Assembly (NCBI GenBank): GCA_943841885.1
Contig: CALSZZ010000005.1
Coordinates: 63,766 to 127,765, forward strand
Source of the DNA: Candidatus Thalassarchaeaceae archaeon
Lineage (GTDB): Archaea > Thermoplasmatota > Poseidoniia > Poseidoniales > Thalassarchaeaceae
Direction of reading: 5' to 3'
DNA: 64,000 bases
Shown: one piece after another, positions 1 to 10,235 of the stretch
How positions within the stretch are numbered: the first letter of the stretch is position 1
Layout: every line of letters starts with the position of its first letter
Position numbers and translations under genes: made by a program
The notes under the pieces: generated by a model
Told to the model about the DNA's origin: nothing
The model's input: only the letters and a program-made list of their open reading frames with translations
Databases searched by the model: none

Positions 1-1855
1 AGGATTCAGCGACTATACACAATCTTTCGATCTAGCAGTCGCCTATGTTTTTATTAAACAGTCGGAGTCCCCTGGTCACTGCGACCAGCTTATCTCTAAG
101 CTGGCACTCCTTCTCCCGAAGTTACAGAGCTATTTTGCCGAGTTCCTTCACGATACTTTGCCCGTCACACCTTAGGCTACTCACCTTGGGTACCTGTGTC
201 AGTTCTTGGTACGATCACTTCTACGGCTTTTCATGGGACCTAGGCCTCATTCGTCGTTGCTCACGTCTTCTCAATCTTCTCACCATGACGGTTCTCCAAT
301 TGATTATTACGCTTCGACGTCCCATGACAGAGACGTACGAACTAGCCCAAGCCGTTACCATTGTTGTAGAAGGGTATACGAATATTAACGCATTTCCCAT
401 TCGGACATTTCGATTAAGAATGCCCTTAGGATCGACTAACCCTCGGCTGAAAAACATTGCCGAGGAACCCTTACCCCTTCGGTGGTGCGGATTCTCACCG
501 CACTATGCTGCTACTCTTCCCTAGATTCTCATATGTAGACGGTCCACTAGATCTCAAAACCTAGCTTCTACCCGACCACATCGCCGCGCTACCTCATCTT
601 CTTTCGAAGGATCAGCGTATCGGTATTCAGTTTGAGTCCCGTCCATTTTTCGGGCCCGCAAGCTTGACCAGTGATCTGTTACGAACTCTTTCAAGGATGG
701 CTGCTTCTAAGCCCACCTTCTGGTTGTCTTCGACCACGGACGCCGTTTGTGATTAACACTTAACTGAAATTTTGGGACCTTAACGCTGAGCTGGTTTCTT
801 CACCTTTCGTCACGGTAGCTTACCCACCGTGGCTCACTCCCTGCTTCTACGGCGTGCACAACTTCGGAGTTTGACAGCGTACCGAGGAATTGCTCCCCCT
901 AAATACCCAATCAGTGCTCTACATCGCACACTACCTCTACAGAGATCTACCTACGAGTAGTCTCGCGCGGAACCTGCTATTGCCTATCTCGATTGGACTT
1001 TCACCCCTATACCAAGCTCGTCCGAGCGATTTGCACATCAGCAACGGTTTGATCCTCCACCCAACTTTCATCGGGCTTCAATCTGGCCAGGCATAGATCG
1101 ACAGGCTTCAGGTCTCCCACTATTGACTCCGGGCGAGCGCACCCAGTCCCTCACCGCTAATGCGGCTGCGGACCTTTCGGTTTCCCTCCGGCTTCGCAGA
1201 TTAACTGCTTAACCTCGCCAATAATCAGAACTCCCAGGGGCATTATTCGAAACGCAAGAATAAACGCTGCTCATATCATCGCTTTAACGCTTATTCAGCT
1301 TGTTCCCGACTGGTTTCAGGGTCTTTTCACATCCCGCTAAGGATACTTTTCAGCTTTCGCTCACGCTACTTGTCAACTATCGGTCTCGAGTAGTATTCAG
1401 GATTGGAAGTATCTGCCTCCCATATTCACGCGCGATATCCAACGCACGCTACTCTGGATTCATCACTTGATCATATTCAGTACATATACGGGACTTTCAC
1501 CCTCTATGGTGCGCCGTTCCAGGCGACTTCTACTTCCTAAACTTAGATTACAGATGATCCAAACCCCACATCTCTCCAAAGTTTCCTATGGAGATTCGGT
1601 TTGTCCTATTCCGTTTTCATTCGCCACTACTAACGGAATCTCATTTGATTTCTTTTCCTCCCCCTACTGAGATGCTTCAGTTCGGGGGGTTCCCTTTCCT
1701 CATTGAGGAATGACATTAATGTCAGGAGGTCCAATTCAGCTATTCGCGGATCCAAGAGATTCATGCCTCTCCCCGCGACTTATCGCAGCTTGTCACGACC
1801 TTCTTCGGCTCTCGAGCCGAGCCATCCCCCAGTCGGGTTGTAGCATCTTAGATTT
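1..1855 (-). rRNA. rrl: 23S (LSU) rRNA, 5' ~1.85 kb; the gene continues beyond the window start
   Basis: The reverse complement carries conserved LSU motifs. GGGGGAUGGCUCGGCUCGAGAGCCGAAGAAGGUCGUGACAAGCUGCGAUAAGUCGCGGGG is the rc of 1771-1830. CCGAACUGAAGCAUCUCAGUAGGGGGAGGAAAAGAAAUCAAAUGA is the rc of 1641-1685. CUGUUUAAUAAAAACAUAGG is the rc of 43-62 (E. coli ~1770-1790 equivalent). The region is GC-rich against an AT-rich background, and ORFs here are short and overlap on both strands. The mature 5' end was placed by eye relative to the GGAUGGCUCGGC motif, +/-30 nt. A structured leader extends to about 1975. Confidence 0.9.
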
Positions 1856-2015
1856 CTACAATCCCACCTTATGTGAGTCCTCTGGTGTCCAGGCATATCA
1901 ATTCTGGTGTCTCAGATCGCTCCGTCTCCCCGCAGGGCGGAGCAATCTCAACCACTTACCCTGATACCTGAAAGTATCAAAGCGCACTAAAAGCAATTCG
2001 CCGACCTGCCTTTGG

Positions 2016-2027
2016 TATATGAATTAA
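2016..2027 (-). promoter_or_regulatory. candidate TATA box for the 23S rRNA transcript
   Basis: Minus-strand TTAATTCATATA is one mismatch from a TTTATATA-type archaeal box. It lies in the only AT-rich spacer between the rRNA leader and the next gene, about 160 nt upstream of the inferred mature 5' end. The call rests on position and sequence only. Confidence 0.25.
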
Positions 2028-2086
2028 GAGGATAGAAATGAAAAATTAGAGTAGTATAATGTTGACTAAATTTTGAACAGAAAACC

Positions 2087-2338
2087 TTAATTTGGGGCAC
2101 AATCAATACCAAATGGAATTATTGTATAAATGTGATATTGAGGAGCATATTTTACGTCGAATGGAATTAAATTATAATTATCACTTACCGATGAGTCAGA
2201 GGCTCCGGAAAGTAGCACTTTTTCTGATAATTCTTGTTGATTTTTTTTCTGTTCAGATATTGTATCTACAACACCTCCGCAAAGTGTACATATTGAAATA
2301 TTTTCATATTCCATTCCACATATATTACAAGATTGCAT
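2087..2338 (-). CDS. small zinc-ribbon protein (hypothetical)
   Basis: 83-aa ORF with CxxC...CxxC at the N-terminus (MQSCNICG...ICTLCGG). The only competitor is an antisense ORF with implausible composition. Confidence 0.4.
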   Translation of the reverse strand: MQSCNICGMEYENISICTLCGGVVDTISEQKKNQQELSEKVLLSGASDSSVSDNYNLIPFDVKYAPQYHIYTIIPFGIDCAPN

Positions 2339-2409
2339 GTTATGCCGAAAACCATTGTATGTTTTATTATACCTGTCTGTAGAATCATCTGTACTATTAT
2401 AAATATTTA

Positions 2410-4083
2410 TTATTCAGATTCAAAACCAAATTCTTTTGGCGAGGAACTGTTCGATATAGGCTCTCTATCTCTATATACCATAGGAGTAAAAGATAAACTA
2501 GCAATTGCCAGTATTAATATCAATGCTGCTGGAATATATTGTGAAGGCCAATCCATTGCATATCGAATTACGCAATATATTGTAGAAATAAATAATGTCA
2601 AAAGCATTATTGGGAATCCTGTTATGAAAAATCTATTGAAGGAAATATCATTACCAGAGTCTTCAGCGAGCCCTGCGGCTACTACATTAGCTGATGCGCC
2701 TATTATTGTTCCATTGCCACCTAAGCAGGCCCCTAATGCTAAAGCCCATGCTAATGGTCCTAAAGGCAATTGGAGTTCTGGGTCCATGGCAAGTTCAATG
2801 ACTACTGGCACCATAGTGGCTGTGTAAGGTATATTATCAATAAATGCAGATGCTATGGCAGAAACCCACAAAAGTAATAATATTGCGACCATCAATCTAT
2901 TTTCTTCGGATGCTTTGGCAATAGTGCTGGAGATCAAATCAGCAATTTTATCAATTAATCCCATATATTCAAGTCCATGAATCATAATAAATAAACCTGC
3001 AAAGAATATTATGGTAGTCCATTCAACGGAATCCAACTGTTCTTCTACTCTGTGAGGAGAGGTTACCAAGAGCATTATCACTGCACCTGCTATAGCTATA
3101 GTGGCAACTGACAATAAGGGGTGAGGAAAGGCAGAATGGGCAAAAAATCCTAATATAACAATTATTAAAATAATCCCAGATTTTTTTAATAGTTCAAAGT
3201 CTTTTATTCCATATTTAATTCTCAATAAGTCTATATTCCTAATCCTGCTACCTGAAAGTCCTTTGGCTTCTAATTTCTTTAATAACCAAAATGCTGGTAT
3301 CATAGCAATCACAACTGCTGGCGCAACATGAATGATAAAATCACTAAAACCGATACTTTGTGATTCAAGTGCTGTACCACTAAGACTTTGCGAAGAAAGC
3401 TGTGCTCCAATAATTATATTTGGAGGATCACCGATTTGTGTAGCTGCCCCTCCAATATTTGAGAACATTACTTCAGCAATTATCAAAGGTACAGGCTCTA
3501 TTTCTAAAACCTTAGAAATTTGGATAGTAACAGGTACTATCAATAATATAGTTGTTACATTATCCAATAATGCAGAAAAAATGGCGGTAATTGTGCATAG
3601 AATAAATGATAAGCGCCAAATTGAACCCCCGCTTTGTGCATAAGCTTGGACTGCGGCCCACTCAAATAAGCCTGTTTTAGATAATATGTCTACCATGACC
3701 ATCATGCCAATAAGAAGCCCGATAGTTTCCCAATCAATCCAGGTCATTATTGCTGCTAAATCTGGTCCGCTACCTACTACATGTAAAGAGAGTACTGCAG
3801 CGATACCTCCAATAGATGCTGCAAGAGCCCTGTGAACGACTTCAAAAACTATCAATCCATATACCACTACTAAGATGCCAACCGCTACAGGGACCGTCCA
3901 ATTAGGCATATCAGGCGCTACCCAATTTGCTCCAGAGCTACTTGCTGCAGAAACATTTAATGGTAAATACATCAACATTAGAATTAAATTCATGAATAAA
4001 ATAAAATTTTTACTTTGAGGAAGGTATCGAAGTGTGGCGCCCATGATGCCGCGTGACACATTTAACATAAGTATCTCACTCAT
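2410..4083 (-). CDS. ArsB/NhaD-superfamily ion transporter permease
   Basis: 557-aa polytopic membrane ORF with an IGDPPNIIIG motif and a two-lobed hydrophobic layout typical of ArsB/NhaD/YbiR-type permeases. The true start may be an internal Met. Confidence 0.7.
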   Translation of the reverse strand: MSEILMLNVSRGIMGATLRYLPQSKNFILFMNLILMLMYLPLNVSAASSSGANWVAPDMPNWTVPVAVGILVVVYGLIVFEVVHRALAASIGGIAAVLSLHVVGSGPDLAAIMTWIDWETIGLLIGMMVMVDILSKTGLFEWAAVQAYAQSGGSIWRLSFILCTITAIFSALLDNVTTILLIVPVTIQISKVLEIEPVPLIIAEVMFSNIGGAATQIGDPPNIIIGAQLSSQSLSGTALESQSIGFSDFIIHVAPAVVIAMIPAFWLLKKLEAKGLSGSRIRNIDLLRIKYGIKDFELLKKSGIILIIVILGFFAHSAFPHPLLSVATIAIAGAVIMLLVTSPHRVEEQLDSVEWTTIIFFAGLFIMIHGLEYMGLIDKIADLISSTIAKASEENRLMVAILLLLWVSAIASAFIDNIPYTATMVPVVIELAMDPELQLPLGPLAWALALGACLGGNGTIIGASANVVAAGLAEDSGNDISFNRFFITGFPIMLLTLFISTIYCVIRYAMDWPSQYIPAALILILAIASLSFTPMVYRDREPISNSSSPKEFGFESE

Positions 4084-4110
4084 ACCAATATCATGTCAAC
4101 GCGAATATAT

Positions 4111-4395
4111 TCACTTAGAGCGCCAATATACTGCCACATTTCCTCTTTGAAATATTAGAGATGAATTTGTGGAATTAGCTAAATCTAAGAAAACAGTATT
4201 TCTCTGTTCAGAAGATCCTAATATTTGTTTATTGGCTTTTAATTTTATAATATTTTTACTTCTTAATTGAGCATCTAATTCTTTAATCAATGAATTGGTT
4301 ACTCCATCTTTTCCTATACGCAGAGAGACTAGTAAATCCCTATTTTTTGCATATTTAATTACATATGGTGGAGGTTTTATCATTATATTTCTCAC
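4111..4395 (-). CDS. YhbY/CRS1-type RNA-binding protein
   Basis: 94-aa ORF with the LRIGKDGVT...LIKELDAQL pattern characteristic of the CRM/YhbY domain (IGKxGvT). The likely start is Met5 at 4383. It overlaps the 3' end of the upstream Rpp21 gene. Confidence 0.65.
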   Translation of the reverse strand: MRNIMIKPPPYVIKYAKNRDLLVSLRIGKDGVTNSLIKELDAQLRSKNIIKLKANKQILGSSEQRNTVFLDLANSTNSSLIFQRGNVAVYWRSK

Positions 4396-4720
4396 TGTCC
4401 TGATTATCTAGTCTAAACCTATATATTCTCTGGCAAGTCATACATGTATTTAGAATAAAGCCATTAGAAATTCTTATTCTAGAAGATTTACCCGGAATCA
4501 TGGATGATTGACAAGTCCTACAGATTTTATTGTATTTGTTCTTTTTTGCCCTTATTCCATGTCTTTTTCCTAAGCGTATAATGGATTTTGCAACAGAATC
4601 AGCAAGAGTAGTTTGTGTGAAGTTTCTTTCGTTTAGAATATTAGATAGAAAAAGCATTGCTTTAGAAGCATTTTTTTTCTTATTTTTAGAATATTTATTT
4701 TTTGCTTTAGAGTTAGACAT
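4355..4720 (-). CDS. rnp4: RNase P protein component 4 (Rpp21/Rpr2 family)
   Basis: 121-aa basic protein with a Lys-rich N-terminus, then CRTCQSSMIPGKSSRIRISNG...CMTCQ. This matches the Rpp21 zinc-ribbon signature (CxxC...PG...R[IV]R...CxxC). Confidence 0.7.
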   Translation of the reverse strand: MSNSKAKNKYSKNKKKNASKAMLFLSNILNERNFTQTTLADSVAKSIIRLGKRHGIRAKKNKYNKICRTCQSSMIPGKSSRIRISNGFILNTCMTCQRIYRFRLDNQDSEKYNDKTSTICN

Positions 4721-4730
4721 AAATTACATC

Positions 4731-5357
4731 TCACATTTGTAAAAGAAATTTTTCAATATTTTCCCCAACTTCTTCAATCGTACGGTTACCATCTACTTTG
4801 AACAAAAGTCCTTTGTCTGAATACCAACTAGATAAAGGAAAAGTTTCTTGATGATAAGCAGAAAGTCTTTTTCTTACTGTCTTTTCATTATCGTCTTTAC
4901 GTTGTATAAGTCTATTCTCTATTTCTTTTGGAGGTGGTTTAAATTTTATATGATATATTTCACCTGAATCTGGATCCATCCTCCGTCCAACTATTCTCTC
5001 TATTATTTCTTCATCATAAACTTCTATCGATATTACAGAAGAAATATTGACAATCGAAGATAGTGCTTCTGCTTGCTTGAGAGTACGTGGGAATCCATCA
5101 AATAATACTCCTTTAAGTGCATCTTTTTCCTTTAGTCTCTCTGAAATCAATTGAATTATTAAATCATCAGGAACCAGAAGGCCAGATTCCATGTAATGCT
5201 GAGCTTTAAGTCCCAAATCTGTTTTTTTAGATACGGCGCTTCTTAACATATCTCCTGTAGATATTTGTGGTTTTCCTGTAATCTCTGATATTCTTACTGC
5301 CTGTGTTCCTTTACCTGCTCCCGGAGGTCCAAATAATATTATTGAAGAGTTCATCAA
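4731..5357 (-). CDS. adk: adenylate kinase (bacterial/eukaryal Adk type, Cys-less lid)
   Basis: P-loop LFGPPGAGKGTQA, TGDMLR, GFPRT and the RxDD lid motif, in 208 aa. Confidence 0.9.
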   Translation of the reverse strand: MMNSSIILFGPPGAGKGTQAVRISEITGKPQISTGDMLRSAVSKKTDLGLKAQHYMESGLLVPDDLIIQLISERLKEKDALKGVLFDGFPRTLKQAEALSSIVNISSVISIEVYDEEIIERIVGRRMDPDSGEIYHIKFKPPPKEIENRLIQRKDDNEKTVRKRLSAYHQETFPLSSWYSDKGLLFKVDGNRTIEEVGENIEKFLLQM

Positions 5358-5396
5358 TATACTCCAAAGGGACTTTAGAAATAAGTAAATCGCTCA

Positions 5397-8300
5397 TTAT
5401 GGTTTATTTTGGTCCCACCACATTTGTCCATATGCAACCCACTGATCCATAGTCCATCCCTCTGGCAATCCACTTAATGGCAAAGGTGGAGCTCCTTCAG
5501 GTGCTTTTGCTAGAGATGGTAATGAAGATTCAAGGGCTGCTTTAATTTCATCTTCTGACACCCCTCCCGAAAGTACTTCTCCTGCAGATGATGTATCAAG
5601 AGCGGCGATTCGCCGTTCAGAATTAGAACCAGATAATAATGCAGATCCTTTAGGTATTAACTCTTCATCGGGCCTGGACATTAATGAATTACGTCTTAGA
5701 TTTAATCCAATGTAGGTAACACTTCCCAGAAGCGATAGAAATAATATTGGTAAAATCCATGAAGGAATGCCTAGATTTTGAAATATCTCGGTAATCCCAC
5801 CAGTATTGTCTGCTCTGGCCTTACTAACTTTAAGAGTCAAAGGACTAGTAGTGACAAATAATTCTTCAGAAGAGGGTGAATCTGCTACAATAGTAAATTC
5901 CATTAAGCCACTAGAAGACCCTGAATTAGGAGAAGCGCTGACCAATATTGAGACTTCACTACCGGGTTTCAAATTATCAATTGAATCTGTATCTGAAGTA
6001 ATCTTCCAATTTTCTAAGTTTGACAGACTGATATTAACATTAGCTTGGCTATTACCCTTGTTTGATAAAATAACAACAAAGTTTGAATTTCCATTAGATT
6101 CTATATCTTCTACTTGAGTTATCTCAGAATCTAGTGTTAGCCATACTGATGGAAGTACTGTTACAACAACATCAACCGTGAATATAATTGATTCTTGATT
6201 GGGAGTATTTGCTTGAACTATAATAGGTATCTTATCTTCTAAAATACCAGGATTGATATTCTCTGGCAAAAATGCACTAACGATTATGATTGCTTCTCTG
6301 TTCATATCCATAGTAAAGAAATTACCAGATAAGAATCCTACTTCCCAATTTTGAGAAATACTACCTATACTAAGACTAATTATTAGAGGTATATTACCAG
6401 TATTTTTTATATTTATCTCAGAAACTCCTGAATTACCAAGAGCGACGTTCATATTAACTGTTTCAGATAGTGCCAAGGTAGCAATTTCTTTTACAATTAA
6501 TCTTGTCCCATTATTCACCAAAACATTTTCATCTGAGGTAGTTTTAATGGTTATAGTATTGATATCACCTTTTTGAGAAGAAAGTGGAACAATAGTATTG
6601 ATTACTACATTAGAACTACCTCCTGGATAGATAGAAATGGAAATAGTATCAACAACATTGATTGGTATACTATCTTCACTTTCGTAAATTTGTATGGGCC
6701 AGGTATTTAGAGAAGAATAAACCTGAATATCAAAATTAATGATGACGTTTCCTAAATTTGTTATAATTAGATTAGTCGATATAGTATTACCATTAATTAC
6801 AGGACGGTCTGGAGATATTGCTAATGGCCCAAGAGAAGATTCTTCAGAATCAATTAGTTCTGTAGAAAATAATTTACTTTCTAAGACTTCAACTGTAGCT
6901 AATTCTATTGTGTAAATTGATGAATCGAATACAGACATTGTGATACAAGTGACTTGTTCTATTACCCCTGCTGCAGGTTGTTCATCTAAAGATTTAGGGA
7001 CTTTAACATTTATGAAAAGTGGCAAATACTGTAATCTGCTTAAGGGGTCTAATGTTAATTCTGAAGATTCAGAATTACCTATATGGATGACCCAACGATT
7101 AGGAGATTCACAACTAATGGTATATTGAGTTGGCCCATTTCCCACATTCCTTATTGAAAGGGAAAATGTAGCGTAGTCACCCGGAATGGCCCCTAAATCA
7201 TTTTCTCCTGCAATTACTGTAAACAATCCCTCCACTCTATCGACTGCTGTAGTGAGTCGTACGGAATGAGTGATAGTAGGTGAATTCTTATCAAATAAGA
7301 CTAGATCTGTTACATAATCCCCAGGTAAAGAATAACGAATTAGTGCATTATTAGTTAAGTCTGCGTCTAGATTTGATAAATTCAAAGATATAATTATTCT
7401 ATCACCATCATCTCCACTAGGATTTAATGTCCATGGACCACTTTCACTGAGAACTTTTGACCATTCGTCTTGTGGTTGATTCAAAATCCCGTCTTGACTA
7501 ATAATTTGAACTGGAGAAACTGTCAAATCAACAGTTATTTGAGACGTACCCTCATTTTTTAATTCAAGTTCAAATAAAATTGATGTTTGAGTTCGTGGAT
7601 CAAAATCACGTATTTTTGCCAATAGTAATTCCTCATATGAAGTTGGAACAGAACTATCTGGCAATAAAGGAGTCAATCTAACGCCTATTTGAGATACATT
7701 GAATGAAAAATTAAAAATATTATTATTAATGCCAAAAGATTCATCATTTAATTCATCTACTTCTAAGAGATAATCTAATTTAAGTTGTAAAATATGTAAC
7801 CCTGTAGTTTCAAAAGAATGGGTAAAAGAAAGTGAATCAATCTGACCTCCTTCTAAAGAATTTCTTTGTGATGTTTTGATAATTGTATCATCAAATAAAT
7901 CTTTTATAGAGATAGAATAATCCCCTGTTGGTAAAGATGCTCGATTAGACCATTTGGCATTTATAGAAATCAAATCACCTTGAAGAGGATAGGTATTTAT
8001 TGAAGATATAGAATCAGGAATAACTGATAAATCTGATTCTGAAGTTTCCTCAGCGATTGCGGATATTACTAAAGAATAGTCCTGTGAATTTCCTCTAGCA
8101 TTTCCAACTTCAACCATCCAAATACCAATTTCTAGAGAGTCTATTTTCACCCTTTCAACATTATTGATTGTATCTGTATAATCTCCAGATATACTTAAAC
8201 CAGATATAAAGTTATTACCATTATAAACTAAACCTGAGGGAGATGTGATTTTTAAGTCTAAATCATTCACAAGACGGGCATGAGTTTGATTACCTGTAGC

Positions 8301-10172
8301 TGATCCTTCTTTATCATTCCATACTAAAGTAGCATCCAACATGGAATCTTCAGTTACATCAAAAGTATAAACAAAACTGTGACCAGGAAGTAGAGAACGT
8401 GAATAATCTATATGAACATTTGAATTTTGATTATTATATTTAGGATACAGGCTTTGACTAACATTTATTTGGCCCCATCCTTCCATTGGATTAGGTATAT
8501 TAGAATCTCCTAAATCCATGGCCCCATTGATTAAAATAGCTTTAATTAGATCAGAACGAGGTTCTGAGATATTCATTTCTTCACGAAGAAATTGTCTTGT
8601 CATAGCTGAAGCACCCGCAGCAACAGAAGTTGCCATAGAAGAACCACTCAAAGTCATATAAAGTGGATTTTCACCATCTTCATGGAGCTCCTCAGAACAA
8701 GAATCTCCAGATGTAAATTGTGCCTCTTGAGCCCTTGCAGAGCAAATCATTACCCCTGGTGCTACTAAATCTGGTTTTATACGCCCATCTTGAGTATAAC
8801 TAGAAGAAGAGCTGTTGTAAACTTGGCCTATTTCTTGACTAGAGTAAGCACCAGTCGTTGATGCTCCTACAGTCAAAACATTTTTTGCCGTCCCAGGAGA
8901 ACTAATTCCACCAGAACCTGAATCGCCAGCCGAAAATAAGACTAAGAATTTCGGATGATCTTGTACGAAAGAATCTGCAGAGTGAGAATCTGAAGTATAT
9001 TCGCCCAATAAGTTTGATGAACCCCAACTATTAGTTTGTATTTTTGCATCTCTTTGCCAAGCATGAGAAAACATAGAGTACAAAGAATCCCAACGTGCAA
9101 ATATTCCAGAACTGTCAACTTCTAATTGATAGAAAATAAATGTTGACTCTGGGACCATTCCGGTGGCTTTTGAATCTCCAGAACCATCTCCCAAAAGTGT
9201 TGCCGTAACATGAGTTCCATGACCGCTATTTGCATCTGCACCAGAATTATCAGGGCCGAAGTCATTGTAAACTGGATTTCTTAACCTTCCTTCGAAATCA
9301 CCATGGTCAGAATCAAGTCCAGTATCTGAAATAGCAATAACCTCACCAGTTCCGTTGAGTATATTATCCGATAAGAATAAAGCATTATCAATACCAGAAA
9401 GTTCGCGTGCATTATTATTATGAGGAATTAAATTTGGAGCATATTCTATCTTAATTATCCTATCATCGGCTGCAATTATAGGCAGGAATAACCGGTTTAA
9501 ATCTTTGATCTGACATAAGGAAAGACTGCATAAAATATTTTTAGAATTTGTGGGAGAAAACTTCGACAAGTCATTGTTTAATTCATTTAACTGATTAATA
9601 TTAAGGTCATTAGTAGGCGAGATAATGACATCAATAAGATTATTGTTATCTAACGTGTTGTAGATTAAATCTTTAGAGAGTTTCCATGCTATCGGTAGTT
9701 CTCCGATCCATCTTACTTCAGAAAATTTACTGATCTCTGTAAATTTTTGAAATTTATCTTCACCTGAAATCCTAATTATTAATGAATCATCAGGAATAGA
9801 ATCAAGTATAGAAATATTATTTTCTTTGTTTAGGACATCTGTCAATGAAGTCATATCAGAAGACTTAGATTGAATAATTGCCATTCCTGTTTTTGAGAAG
9901 GAGTTGAAATCGATAAAATTTTCAGGACCTAGTGGAATTAAACCCTCAAGAGGATCAAAAGAGCCTAATGGAGAATGTATATATCCTGAAGATTCTGACA
10001 AAGTATATGTATTCAATGTAGCATTTTGGATTACGAACCATTCCCCATCTGAGTTGCCTAATACTGAAATTTCTACATTATTCGAATCTGAAGTAGATGC
10101 CTCTGTGAATACAGAAAATGGAGAAAAAATTATCAATGCGACAATCAACATTGCCGATTTAGGAGGCGACAT
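5397..10172 (-). CDS. giant membrane-anchored subtilisin-like (S8) serine protease
   Basis: N-terminal signal/anchor. S8 catalytic triad motifs are AISDTGLDSDHGDF (Asp), GHGTHVTATLLG (His) and SGSSMATSVAAGASAM (Ser). About 900 aa of repeated beta-sandwich modules follow, with NxGN signatures (IRNVGNGPTQY, ITNLGNVIINF, IKNTGNIPL, LSNKGNSQANV). One C-terminal TM (ILPILFLSLLGSVTYIGL) and a ~97-aa tail close the protein. Confidence 0.9.
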   Translation of the reverse strand: MSPPKSAMLIVALIIFSPFSVFTEASTSDSNNVEISVLGNSDGEWFVIQNATLNTYTLSESSGYIHSPLGSFDPLEGLIPLGPENFIDFNSFSKTGMAIIQSKSSDMTSLTDVLNKENNISILDSIPDDSLIIRISGEDKFQKFTEISKFSEVRWIGELPIAWKLSKDLIYNTLDNNNLIDVIISPTNDLNINQLNELNNDLSKFSPTNSKNILCSLSLCQIKDLNRLFLPIIAADDRIIKIEYAPNLIPHNNNARELSGIDNALFLSDNILNGTGEVIAISDTGLDSDHGDFEGRLRNPVYNDFGPDNSGADANSGHGTHVTATLLGDGSGDSKATGMVPESTFIFYQLEVDSSGIFARWDSLYSMFSHAWQRDAKIQTNSWGSSNLLGEYTSDSHSADSFVQDHPKFLVLFSAGDSGSGGISSPGTAKNVLTVGASTTGAYSSQEIGQVYNSSSSSYTQDGRIKPDLVAPGVMICSARAQEAQFTSGDSCSEELHEDGENPLYMTLSGSSMATSVAAGASAMTRQFLREEMNISEPRSDLIKAILINGAMDLGDSNIPNPMEGWGQINVSQSLYPKYNNQNSNVHIDYSRSLLPGHSFVYTFDVTEDSMLDATLVWNDKEGSATGNQTHARLVNDLDLKITSPSGLVYNGNNFISGLSISGDYTDTINNVERVKIDSLEIGIWMVEVGNARGNSQDYSLVISAIAEETSESDLSVIPDSISSINTYPLQGDLISINAKWSNRASLPTGDYSISIKDLFDDTIIKTSQRNSLEGGQIDSLSFTHSFETTGLHILQLKLDYLLEVDELNDESFGINNNIFNFSFNVSQIGVRLTPLLPDSSVPTSYEELLLAKIRDFDPRTQTSILFELELKNEGTSQITVDLTVSPVQIISQDGILNQPQDEWSKVLSESGPWTLNPSGDDGDRIIISLNLSNLDADLTNNALIRYSLPGDYVTDLVLFDKNSPTITHSVRLTTAVDRVEGLFTVIAGENDLGAIPGDYATFSLSIRNVGNGPTQYTISCESPNRWVIHIGNSESSELTLDPLSRLQYLPLFINVKVPKSLDEQPAAGVIEQVTCITMSVFDSSIYTIELATVEVLESKLFSTELIDSEESSLGPLAISPDRPVINGNTISTNLIITNLGNVIINFDIQVYSSLNTWPIQIYESEDSIPINVVDTISISIYPGGSSNVVINTIVPLSSQKGDINTITIKTTSDENVLVNNGTRLIVKEIATLALSETVNMNVALGNSGVSEINIKNTGNIPLIISLSIGSISQNWEVGFLSGNFFTMDMNREAIIIVSAFLPENINPGILEDKIPIIVQANTPNQESIIFTVDVVVTVLPSVWLTLDSEITQVEDIESNGNSNFVVILSNKGNSQANVNISLSNLENWKITSDTDSIDNLKPGSEVSILVSASPNSGSSSGLMEFTIVADSPSSEELFVTTSPLTLKVSKARADNTGGITEIFQNLGIPSWILPILFLSLLGSVTYIGLNLRRNSLMSRPDEELIPKGSALLSGSNSERRIAALDTSSAGEVLSGGVSEDEIKAALESSLPSLAKAPEGAPPLPLSGLPEGWTMDQWVAYGQMWWDQNKP

Positions 10173-10235
10173 TCCTTGTAAGCGTGAATAGTTCTCCTTT
10201 TGACTATTAACATCTTGTGTACCTTAAATGAGTCA

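Noticed and set aside
45-1964. Several 60-160-aa ORFs on both strands (45-524, 206-388, 221-457, 890-1096, 1467-1670, 1710-1964)
   Set aside because: They lie inside the 23S rRNA gene, overlap one another, and have rRNA-driven composition. They are spurious.
2333-3643. Plus-strand ORFs 2092-2382, 2333-2827 and 3332-3643
   Set aside because: They are antisense to the zinc-ribbon and ArsB/NhaD genes. Their products are low-complexity mirror translations of a membrane protein, with no start context.
4731-5357. Bacterial-type adenylate kinase in an archaeon as evidence of recent horizontal transfer
   Set aside because: The composition matches the surrounding genes. As far as I recall, Adk-type kinases are normal in Thermoplasmata-related archaea, so it is not anomalous on the evidence here.
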